64,000 bases of DNA. Source: Nanobdellati archaeon (lineage in GTDB: Archaea; B1Sed10-29; JAGVWA01). The notes below the pieces were generated by a model. That model saw only the letters and a list, made by a program, of their open reading frames with translations, did not search any database and was not told where the DNA came from. This document shows positions 57,051-64,000 of this stretch, piece by piece; position 1 is the first letter of the stretch, and each line of letters opens with the position of its first letter. The stretch covers positions 1,537 to 65,536 of the forward strand of contig JAGVWA010000001.1 of assembly GCA_018304505.1 (NCBI GenBank), given 5' to 3'. A program made the translations under genes and the position numbers.

Positions 57051-58150
57051 TAAGCGACACAGTTAAATTGGCATTCATAGTTATCCTCATAATCGGAACT
57101 ATATCCTACTTAGAAGCAACAAAATCTAAGATCGTTCCAATAACAGCAATCGGCCCAGACGGGGGAGATTTGTTGAAAGAAATGATGTACAAAAAAGCGC
57201 CCGAACTGGTTGGCATTTCAGGTTACCTCAACACAGACGAAAAAGAAATCAAAATTAGCGACTACAAAGGAAAAGTAGTACTGATCGACTTCTGGACTTA
57301 CACATGCATTAACTGCATCCGGACACTGCCGCACTTGACAGAGTGGGACCGCAAGTATCGTGACCAAGGACTCGTCATCATTGGAGTGCATACGCCAGAA
57401 TTCGCGTTCGAGAAAATCCGCGAGAATGTTGAAAACGCTATACATGAACACAACATAGAATACGCTGTGGTGCAAGACAACGACTATGCTACGTGGAGGG
57501 CCTTCCAGAACAGGTTCTGGCCGCACAAGTTCCTGATAGACAAAGACGGCTTCATTCGTTATGACCACATTGGCGAGGGAGCCTATGAAGAAACCGAAAG
57601 ACAAATCCAGTTGCTGTTATCCGAAACAGGGGCAGAAACAGAAGGCATGAATCTAACGGGTCTGAAAGACGAGACCCCCCGCGTGCTATTGACCCCTGAA
57701 TTGTATGCAGGCTACAATTTCGCTATCCCACGGGGGCAAAACATTGGCAATCCAGGGGGCATGAAGCCCGGACAAACAATAAAGTACGAACTGCCTGCCA
57801 CGGTAAGGAAAGACATTATTTACTTAAAAGGAACGTGGCTCAGCAATCCAGATGACCTACATGCCCAGGATTCAGAAGGTGCCGAGATCGTACTTGATTT
57901 TACTGCCAGCAAAGTCAACATAGTAGCAGATTCTGTAAACGGCCCGCTCGAATTAGAAGTACTCATCAACGACGCGCCTGCAACACAAACACAACTCGGT
58001 AGCGACGTGCAAATCATTGGCGGCAAGGCCATCATGACCGTTGACAGACCCAGATTATACAACGTCATCAACGGAGAATATGGAAACTACAAACTGACAC
58101 TGAGGGCAACTAACACGAACTTTATTTTCAGCGCCTTCACGTTCGGGTAA
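57047..58150 (+). CDS. membrane-anchored thioredoxin-like protein (TlpA-like) with C-terminal extra domain
   Basis: N-terminal TM, then LIDFWTYTCINCIRTLP (CxxC) in a thioredoxin fold. Confidence 0.7.
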   Translation: MISDTVKLAFIVILIIGTISYLEATKSKIVPITAIGPDGGDLLKEMMYKKAPELVGISGYLNTDEKEIKISDYKGKVVLIDFWTYTCINCIRTLPHLTEWDRKYRDQGLVIIGVHTPEFAFEKIRENVENAIHEHNIEYAVVQDNDYATWRAFQNRFWPHKFLIDKDGFIRYDHIGEGAYEETERQIQLLLSETGAETEGMNLTGLKDETPRVLLTPELYAGYNFAIPRGQNIGNPGGMKPGQTIKYELPATVRKDIIYLKGTWLSNPDDLHAQDSEGAEIVLDFTASKVNIVADSVNGPLELEVLINDAPATQTQLGSDVQIIGGKAIMTVDRPRLYNVINGEYGNYKLTLRATNTNFIFSAFTFG

Positions 58151-58174
58151 ATTACTTATACAACAACACACATA

Positions 58175-58630
58175 ATGAAGAGCATGAAGCTAACAAGCAA
58201 CGCGTTTCAACACAACGGAAACATTCCGGAAAAATACACCTGCGAAGGCGCCAACGTGTCTCCGCAACTCGAAATCTCGCAAGTGCCGGAAAACACAAAG
58301 ACTCTGGCGCTGATTATGGACGACCCTGACGCCCCTGCGGGCACGTGGGACCACTGGGTATTGTTCAATATGCCAGCAAACACAACCTCAATACCAGAAG
58401 GCACCGAGCCACAAGGCATTCCTGGCAAGAACTCATGGGGAAAAACCGGCTACGGAGGGCCATGCCCACCAGACAGGGAACACAGGTACTTCTTCAAGCT
58501 CTACGCACTAGACGCTGAACTTGACTTGCATAATGGGACCGCAAAATCGCAGTTAGAACGCTCAATGCAAGGCCACATACTCACAAAGACAGAACTGATT
58601 GGCAAGTACAACAAGAAAGCTAATAGATGA
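58175..58630 (+). CDS. YbhB/YbcL-family PEBP (Raf kinase inhibitor-like) protein
   Basis: DDPDAPAGTWDHWVLFNMP...HRYFFKLYALD matches the PEBP signature. Confidence 0.85.
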   Translation: MKSMKLTSNAFQHNGNIPEKYTCEGANVSPQLEISQVPENTKTLALIMDDPDAPAGTWDHWVLFNMPANTTSIPEGTEPQGIPGKNSWGKTGYGGPCPPDREHRYFFKLYALDAELDLHNGTAKSQLERSMQGHILTKTELIGKYNKKANR

Positions 58631-59694
58631 CTTACCGAAATGATCAAATGAACAAGACAATTAGCGTCCTCGCGCTTCTACTGCTTGCACTGGTTTTTCT
58701 GGTGCTTCCAAAGCCGGTCCAGGAAAAGGGTTTCGAAACGCAAGTAGTGCTTGAAAGCCTAGACACTGTCTGGAGCATCGATTTTCTTCCAGATGACACG
58801 ATGATTTTCACAGAGCGCCCGGGCCGAGTCAACTTGTACGACATGCGCGAGAAGAAAATCATTGCCACAATCCAAATCAAGGAGACCGCAGAATCCGGCT
58901 TGCACGGAGTCGCTGTTGACCCAGAGCACAGTGAAAACCGCCACATATACCTCTATTACGGCTACGACGACAACAGGGGAGTGACGAACCGGGTTTCACG
59001 ATACACATTAAACAACAATGAACTTCTTGATGAAACCATTCTCGTTGACGGCATTCCGGGCGCGCAGATTCACGACGGGGGCCGTTTGAAGTTTGGGCCT
59101 GACGGCAAGCTCTACGTAACAACTGGCGATGCAGGCATTCCTGATTTGGCGCAGGACACAAATTCAGTAGCGGGAAAAGTACTGCGGATGAACAAAGACG
59201 GCAGTGTGCCTGAAGACAATCCATTTGGAAACTTAGTCTGGAGTTACGGCCACAGGAACCCACAGGGCATTGCGTTTCACCCCACAACCGGAATCTTGTT
59301 TGAGTCAGAGCACGGGCCATCAATGCACGACGAAGTCAACATCATACAGCCAGGGAGAAATTACGGTTGGCCAACCACGTGCGGCAATGAATTGCCTGGA
59401 CACGAGAAACCGATAGCTTGTTACCCTGACTTCACTATCGCGCCTGGGAGCATAGCGATTTTCGATAAATTTATTTTCATTCCAGGGCTACGGGGAAACC
59501 AGCTGCGTAAATTGGCCCTGGCTGATGACTACAAAACCGTTATCAGTGAAGAGGCGTTGTTTACTGACATCGGCCGGGTCAGGGAGGCGACGGTGCACGA
59601 TGGCTACTTGTACATTGGAACCAGCAACCGTGATGGCAGGGGCCTGCCTCAGCTGAACGACGACAAAATAATAAGAATTAGAATAATAGACTAA
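58627..59694 (+). CDS. PQQ-dependent soluble sugar (aldose) dehydrogenase family protein
   Basis: Beta-propeller motifs LHGVAVDPEH, GGRLKFGPDGKLYVTTGD and SYGHRNPQGIAFHP; N-terminal TM. Confidence 0.8.
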   Translation: MTYRNDQMNKTISVLALLLLALVFLVLPKPVQEKGFETQVVLESLDTVWSIDFLPDDTMIFTERPGRVNLYDMREKKIIATIQIKETAESGLHGVAVDPEHSENRHIYLYYGYDDNRGVTNRVSRYTLNNNELLDETILVDGIPGAQIHDGGRLKFGPDGKLYVTTGDAGIPDLAQDTNSVAGKVLRMNKDGSVPEDNPFGNLVWSYGHRNPQGIAFHPTTGILFESEHGPSMHDEVNIIQPGRNYGWPTTCGNELPGHEKPIACYPDFTIAPGSIAIFDKFIFIPGLRGNQLRKLALADDYKTVISEEALFTDIGRVREATVHDGYLYIGTSNRDGRGLPQLNDDKIIRIRIID

Positions 59695-59705
59695 GCGAGG
59701 CAGAA

Positions 59706-60305
59706 TCAGCAAAACGAGCTGCCACAGCCGCATGTTGCCCTTGCGTTGGGGTTGCTGAACTTAAAGCCGCTCTCATTCAGGCCGTCTACGTAGTCTACCG
59801 TGACGCCTTTCAACAGGTCGAAGCTATACGGGTTCACGAATATTTTTAGGCCGTCTCGTTCTAGCACCGTGTCACCATCTGCTGGTTTTTCTTCAAATTC
59901 CATTATGTATGACAAACCTGAGCAGCCCCCGGCATGCACGCCGACCCTGAGTCCATGGTCTGCTTTTCCTTCAGATTCAAGTAGGGCCTTAACCTTGGAA
60001 ATGGCCTTTGGCGTTAATGTAACCTCTGCTAGTTGTTCTTGTTCGTTTTGTTCACCCACATCTGTTGACACGATAGCGTTGAGGTCCATGACCAGCGAGT
60101 CGAGATGGTCATTTGTCATGCCATGACCAAGGACACCTTCTTCAAGCGTTTCGAAAACCGCGGCACCGCAGCCCACACAGTGCAGGCCTGCGTTGGTCAT
60201 AGTTTCCGCGAGTTCCATTACCTTGTCTGGATGTGATTCCAGAATTGTGGCTATGGTCATCTTTGGATCGATTTTTTGAATTTGATTTTGAACTTCAGTA
60301 GACAT
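59706..60305 (-). CDS. DUF1858 redox domain fused to HesB/IscA-type Fe-S cluster insertion protein
   Basis: N-terminal ...GLHCVGCG..., C-terminal ...VHAGGCSGLSY...ATCGCGSSFC (IscA CGCG motif). Confidence 0.7.
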   Translation of the reverse strand: MSTEVQNQIQKIDPKMTIATILESHPDKVMELAETMTNAGLHCVGCGAAVFETLEEGVLGHGMTNDHLDSLVMDLNAIVSTDVGEQNEQEQLAEVTLTPKAISKVKALLESEGKADHGLRVGVHAGGCSGLSYIMEFEEKPADGDTVLERDGLKIFVNPYSFDLLKGVTVDYVDGLNESGFKFSNPNARATCGCGSSFC

Positions 60306-60384
60306 TAAATATCACCACCAGAATTATGATTATAGGGATATATAAACCTTCTTGCAAATTCATTATATTGATTGCCGCGTTACG

Positions 60385-62058
60385 TTAATACCCTGGTCTC
60401 TTTTGCGTTATCTTCGCAAACAACCAGATTACGCCTACGAGGAAAACCAGCATGAAAATTAAGAATGACAGGGAGGGTAAGCCTTCTATCCTGGGCACAA
60501 CCCCCGAATCAACGATGAGCGCTGCTGCTATGATAAGGCTTGCAATGATGACTGAGAATGAAACGTCGCTGCTAGATCGCTCGATGCTTGAGGCCATTGA
60601 CTCAAGTCCTCGGTGTTCAAACTCAATCGGAATTACGCCTTCACTAAGGCGCTCTGTGATCCTATCAAAGCGCTTTGGCAAGATGCGGAGAAGCTGCGTT
60701 GTGTCCAACAGGGTCTCACGGCCGATTTCGACAAGCTGCTCTGCAGTCACGCGGCTCCTAAGAGCTTTTATGAAATATGATTTTGATGCACGAGTAAAAT
60801 TGAAACCCGGGTCTATCTCCCTGCCAAGACCCTCGATTTCCACCACGGTCTTGAAGAGGATTGAGAATTCCGGCGGAAGTACCATGTTGAACTTTTCTAT
60901 CATTTCTTGAACTTCCTGCATAAACTCATTTAGCGGAACCTCTTTTAGTGAGACGTCATAGAAGTTCTCAACAAGATCTGAAAGTTCACGCCGTATTTCT
61001 TGCGGCTTTGCGTCTGCGGGCAGCGCGGCAATCGTCATTATTTCCGTGACCGCCTTGTCAACGTCCCTGGCCGTGACTGCATATAGCAGCCTTGATAGCG
61101 ATTTCCTAGCTTGAGGGCCGATTGTGCCTACCAAGCCAAAGTCTATAATGCCGATCTTGTCAGCGCCTATGATAAACAGGTTCCCGGCGTGGGGGTCTGC
61201 CTGGAACAAACCGTCTTCGAAGATTTGCTTCAGGTATATCGCGGTTCCCTTTCGCGCGATCTTCTCCCGTGTTTTTTTCGATACGCGTTTTTTCATCCAT
61301 TGCGTTAGCGGTGTTCCGTGGATTTTGTTCAGCGTGAGAACCTTTCTTGTTGTATAATCCCAGTGCACGTCTGGTATTACCACGTCCTTATCGCCCTTGA
61401 AGTTTTCCCTGAAACGGGTGTACATCCTTGCTTCTCTTAACAAGTTAGTTTCTTTTGATACTGCCCGGGAGTACTCTGCAAGGATGTTGGACAAGTTGAT
61501 TTTCTTTGCCTCTGTTATTGTGGCTTCTGCTGTGCCTGCGAGAATCCTCAGGGCCTCAAGGTCGATTTTTATGTGCTCCTCAACATTTTTCCTGAGCACT
61601 TTTACAACAACACGGTCTCCTTCAAGCGTTTTTGCTTCATGGACCTGGCTTAGCGAAGCCGAAGCTATTGGCTGTTCATTGAATTCACGGAATACTTCAT
61701 TTAGGGGCATCTTGAATTCGGATTCAATTTGCGCTTTCACTTCGCTAAACGGCACCGCAGGGGCATGATCTACTAGTTTTGAGAATTCTTCTATGATGTC
61801 CCTTGGCAACAAATCAGGGCGAGTTGACAAAATTTGCCCGAACTTGATGTACAATGGACCAAGGTCTTCGAGAACACGGCGCGCCCTTACCCCCCTTGAG
61901 ACAACAAAGTCCTCTGGCATTTCGAGGCCCAGCCGCTCTTTTATCGGGATGTATTTGCCCAGGCGCATCTTCGTCAGTAAGAAGCCAAAGCCATGCTTAG
62001 CTAAAGTACTAACTACGTCGCTGTATCTCTGCAGTACCTGCTTTTCAGGTATGGCCAT
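60385..62058 (-). CDS. ABC1/UbiB (ADCK) atypical kinase family protein
   Basis: Motifs ASASLSQVHEA, ADPHAGNLFII and DFGLVG; C-terminal TM helices. Confidence 0.85.
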   Translation of the reverse strand: MAIPEKQVLQRYSDVVSTLAKHGFGFLLTKMRLGKYIPIKERLGLEMPEDFVVSRGVRARRVLEDLGPLYIKFGQILSTRPDLLPRDIIEEFSKLVDHAPAVPFSEVKAQIESEFKMPLNEVFREFNEQPIASASLSQVHEAKTLEGDRVVVKVLRKNVEEHIKIDLEALRILAGTAEATITEAKKINLSNILAEYSRAVSKETNLLREARMYTRFRENFKGDKDVVIPDVHWDYTTRKVLTLNKIHGTPLTQWMKKRVSKKTREKIARKGTAIYLKQIFEDGLFQADPHAGNLFIIGADKIGIIDFGLVGTIGPQARKSLSRLLYAVTARDVDKAVTEIMTIAALPADAKPQEIRRELSDLVENFYDVSLKEVPLNEFMQEVQEMIEKFNMVLPPEFSILFKTVVEIEGLGREIDPGFNFTRASKSYFIKALRSRVTAEQLVEIGRETLLDTTQLLRILPKRFDRITERLSEGVIPIEFEHRGLESMASSIERSSSDVSFSVIIASLIIAAALIVDSGVVPRIEGLPSLSFLIFMLVFLVGVIWLFAKITQKRPGY

Positions 62059-62064
62059 TAGAAT

Positions 62065-62451
62065 CTACTTCTTTCGCTTTGCCTGCTTCTTCGCCCTTGT
62101 GGCTTTCTTTGCTGCGGGTTTTCTATTTGCGGCTTTCTTTTTAGCTGCTGGCTTTGCCTTTGCTGCTTTTTTGACGTTCCTCGCTGACGTTCGGACTTGC
62201 TTCTGCATTGCCGTGAGTTCTTTTATCGATGTCGAAAGAACACTGTTGACCTTTATGTCGATTTTCTTTGCCTCTGCAGTCGTGTCTTTTATCAGCTTTG
62301 TTGCCAGCCTTTTGCCTTCCTTTTTGTCAAAGAAGCCTTCCTCTACAAGGAAGTCTGTATAGTCCTTGAAGAGATCCCTAGCGATTTCCACCATGCCCAT
62401 GGGTATGAGGATTGCTTTTTTTGCTGCGCTTGTCGATTTTTTTGCTGCCAT
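62065..62451 (-). CDS. Lys/Ala-rich phasin-like / histone-H1-like protein
   Basis: N-terminal helical domain, then an AKPAAKKK repeat tail; architecture resembles PHA-granule phasins (PhaF-like). Confidence 0.35.
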   Translation of the reverse strand: MAAKKSTSAAKKAILIPMGMVEIARDLFKDYTDFLVEEGFFDKKEGKRLATKLIKDTTAEAKKIDIKVNSVLSTSIKELTAMQKQVRTSARNVKKAAKAKPAAKKKAANRKPAAKKATRAKKQAKRKK

Positions 62452-62514
62452 TTTCTTTAATCACCTTTTGAGTATTAGTTACTGTTCTAAAAGAAATCGT
62501 TGTTTATAAAGGTG

Positions 62515-62555
62515 ATGCTAGGCAGCATCCTATTATATAATCTTAATTCCAGCGC
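62515..62555. repeat. cassette-boundary direct repeat R1 (tgctaggcagc-N20-ttccagcgcc)
   Basis: Read directly; shares 11-nt and 10-nt conserved arms with R2 and R3. Confidence 0.85.
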
Positions 62556-62592
62556 CGTAATTAATATTAAGCAATTAGAGTTTAATAGAAAT

Positions 62593-63267
62593 ATGTCTTA
62601 CAAAGAAATTGTTCTTGAGAGAATCAAAGCAGATAAAGACTTACGAGAAAAACTCAACGTAGTTAAGGAATTTTCTCAAAAAGAAGGAGTTTTAAACCCA
62701 ATAATTACAGCAGGATACATAAGAGACTTTATTCTTGATGGCCCCCAAGGAGACATTGATTTAGTTTATACTGGCAGCATGAAAGACAATGAAGCTTTGA
62801 AGATAATAAGAGATATCGAAAAAGAACAAGGACTTAAGGAAAGCGATTGGGAACCCACAAACCAGAATCATTGGGGCTATGGCCAAACCACAGAAGAGGG
62901 AATTGCATCCTTCATGCACTCCATTAACGCTGTTGGAATAACACACAATTATAAACTGATAGACCCAACCGGCAATGGATTGAGCGATATGGAAAACAAG
63001 ATACTCAGAGCAAATCAAACTAACCAAAAAAACGGAAGAACTGCCACGGTAGGACTTATTGGAATCAGACACATGGTTAACTATAGCCTAATGCCGGCAC
63101 CAGAAACAGAAGAAATAAACAAAGATGCCCACAATTACTGGAATTTATTATCAGAAGATGACAAAAGAAGCATCAAAGGCATCTATGAAAAAACTATAGA
63201 TAAAAACAAATTTGTTGAATTGCTCAAGAAATATAACTTTTACAACCTAGTTAAAAAATACTTATAG
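62593..63267 (+). CDS. class-II-CCA/poly(A) polymerase-like minimal nucleotidyltransferase (cassette 1)
   Basis: ITAGYIRDFILDGPQGDIDLVYTGS closely matches the PolyA_pol head motif GGAVRDxLLGxxxxDxDh. Low-GC codon usage. The track ORF start at 62500 would read through repeat R1, so ATG 62593 is chosen. Confidence 0.55.
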   Translation: MSYKEIVLERIKADKDLREKLNVVKEFSQKEGVLNPIITAGYIRDFILDGPQGDIDLVYTGSMKDNEALKIIRDIEKEQGLKESDWEPTNQNHWGYGQTTEEGIASFMHSINAVGITHNYKLIDPTGNGLSDMENKILRANQTNQKNGRTATVGLIGIRHMVNYSLMPAPETEEINKDAHNYWNLLSEDDKRSIKGIYEKTIDKNKFVELLKKYNFYNLVKKYL

Positions 63268-63310
63268 AAAAAATAGATATGGCGCCATTAAGGCGTATTT
63301 AGATAAAGAG

Positions 63311-63351
63311 TGCTAGGCAGCGTCGTGCCACTTGATCTCTATTCCAGCGCC
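63311..63351. repeat. cassette-boundary direct repeat R2
   Basis: tgctaggcagcgtcgtgccacttgatctctattccagcgcc; preceded by palindrome ATGGCGCCAT and followed by TATA tttatata (63371). Confidence 0.85.
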
Positions 63352-63412
63352 CCGCAAGTGCTGCAAAACATTTATATATTACATGGTATTATAAAGTATA
63401 ATGTGATGTTAT

Positions 63413-63646
63413 ATGGTACAAGTTATGGTAGAATTAACTGAACAGGCCAACAGAACTGTTGAAATAATCAAGGCGACCTACGGAATGAACAGCAAATCAG
63501 ATGTCATTGACATGATTATTGAGAAGTACGGAGAAAAAACCCTAGAACCTCAACTAAGGCCAGAATACATAGAGAAAATCAGAAAGATTAAAGCAGGCAA
63601 ATTCATAACAGTAAAGGACATCAATAAGTATTTTGATGAACTCTAA
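63413..63646 (+). CDS. putative antitoxin (RelB/DUF2683-like) of cassette 2
   Basis: 77-aa ORF immediately upstream of the RelE-like gene. An alternative start at 63425 is possible. Confidence 0.45.
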   Translation: MVQVMVELTEQANRTVEIIKATYGMNSKSDVIDMIIEKYGEKTLEPQLRPEYIEKIRKIKAGKFITVKDINKYFDEL

Positions 63647-63685
63647 GGAGCTGACTCTCTGTATACCCACAAACTTTCAGTTAAA

Positions 63686-63922
63686 GTGGACAAGGCCTTC
63701 AAAAAATATTTGAGGAAAGACCCCCTCCAAAAAGAAGCAGTACTCAAAAAAATTGAACAAATACTAAATAATCCCAGACAATACAAGCCACTCAAGTGGC
63801 CACAAGCAGGCGAACGCAGAGTTCACATAGGCTCGTTTGTTCTAACCTTTGAAATAATTGAAGAAGAAAAAGTAGTCAGACTCCTAGACTACGACCATCA
63901 CGACAAAATTTATAAGAAATAG
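63686..63922 (+). CDS. RelE/ParE-family toxin (cassette 2)
   Basis: ...LKWPQAGERRVHIGSFVLTFEIIEEEKVVRLLDYDHHDKIY matches the RelE core (RvGdyRiiYeIdee.k.v.il.v.hRk.iY). Confidence 0.7.
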   Translation: MDKAFKKYLRKDPLQKEAVLKKIEQILNNPRQYKPLKWPQAGERRVHIGSFVLTFEIIEEEKVVRLLDYDHHDKIYKK

Positions 63923-63959
63923 ATCAAGAGAGCCCCCTTCATTATTTCATAATGAAGGG

Positions 63960-64000
63960 TGCTAGGCAGCGTCCTGTTACATACTCTCTTTTCCAGCGTC
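63960..64000. repeat. cassette-boundary direct repeat R3 (runs to window end)
   Basis: tgctaggcagcgtcctgttacatactctcttttccagcgtc; preceded by hairpin ccttcattat-ttc-ataatgaagg (63936-63958). Confidence 0.85.

Noticed and set aside
62515-64000. Possible CRISPR array because of regularly recurring 41-nt repeats
   Set aside because: Inter-repeat distances are 796 and 649 bp and contain full genes with promoters. The repeat centre is degenerate rather than the spacers being unique short inserts. The pattern is not CRISPR-like.
1-64000. tRNA, rRNA or other structured RNA genes in intergenic regions
   Set aside because: A by-eye scan of intergenic spacers for T-arm (GGTTCGAATCC-like) and acceptor-stem features found none. 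The ggttcgatg at 31141 lacks the rest of a cloverleaf. Not excluded without tRNAscan/Infernal.

Overview
This 64 kb window reads as an archaeal chromosomal segment of roughly 50% GC with gene-dense, operon-like organisation on both strands. The archaeal assignment rests on archaeal-type genes throughout: ribosomal protein S8e, proteasome-activating nucleotidase PAN, the Hef helicase-nuclease, primase large subunit PriL, KEOPS Cgi121, archaeal-type GlyRS, deoxyhypusine synthase, a split LplA, and form-III RuBisCO with the AMP-salvage pathway. DPANN- or Thermoplasmata-like is a guess only. All calls rest on protein motifs recognised by eye in the supplied ORF translations; no search was run. No rRNA, tRNA or CRISPR array was found.

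Recognisable core blocks:
- Fe-S cluster assembly: sufB-sufD-sufS-sufU-sufC.
- Lipoate-dependent 2-oxoacid dehydrogenase: lipA, E1alpha, E1beta, E2, and split LplA-N/LplA-C. No E3 is in the window.
- A B12-dependent class II ribonucleotide reductase (NrdJ); the PduO-type adenosyltransferase, the other B12 gene, lies ~12 kb away beside RuBisCO.
- AMP salvage: RuBisCO III, ribose-1,5-bisphosphate isomerase, AMP phosphorylase.
- Oxidative-stress genes: SOD, two peroxiredoxin/redoxin genes, thioredoxins.
- A large extracytoplasmic thiol-disulfide set: three CcdA/DsbD, two TlpA-like, and a DUF3179 protein with a CxxC motif.

Accessory or possibly novel content:
- An AT-rich (~30% GC) two-gene island at 6.0-7.3 kb, flanked by a 12-nt direct repeat.
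- A family of three PIN-domain (VapC-like) genes, one of them a truncated remnant, sharing a conserved upstream element.
- A ribbon-helix-helix antitoxin gene with a truncated RelE-like remnant and a palindromic operator.
- At the 3' end (62.5-64.0 kb), a low-GC gene-cassette array. Each cassette is bounded by a 41-nt direct repeat. The cassettes carry a class-II-CCA-like nucleotidyltransferase and a RelB/RelE-type toxin-antitoxin module. The array continues past the window edge. It is integron-like or novel, and no integrase is visible.
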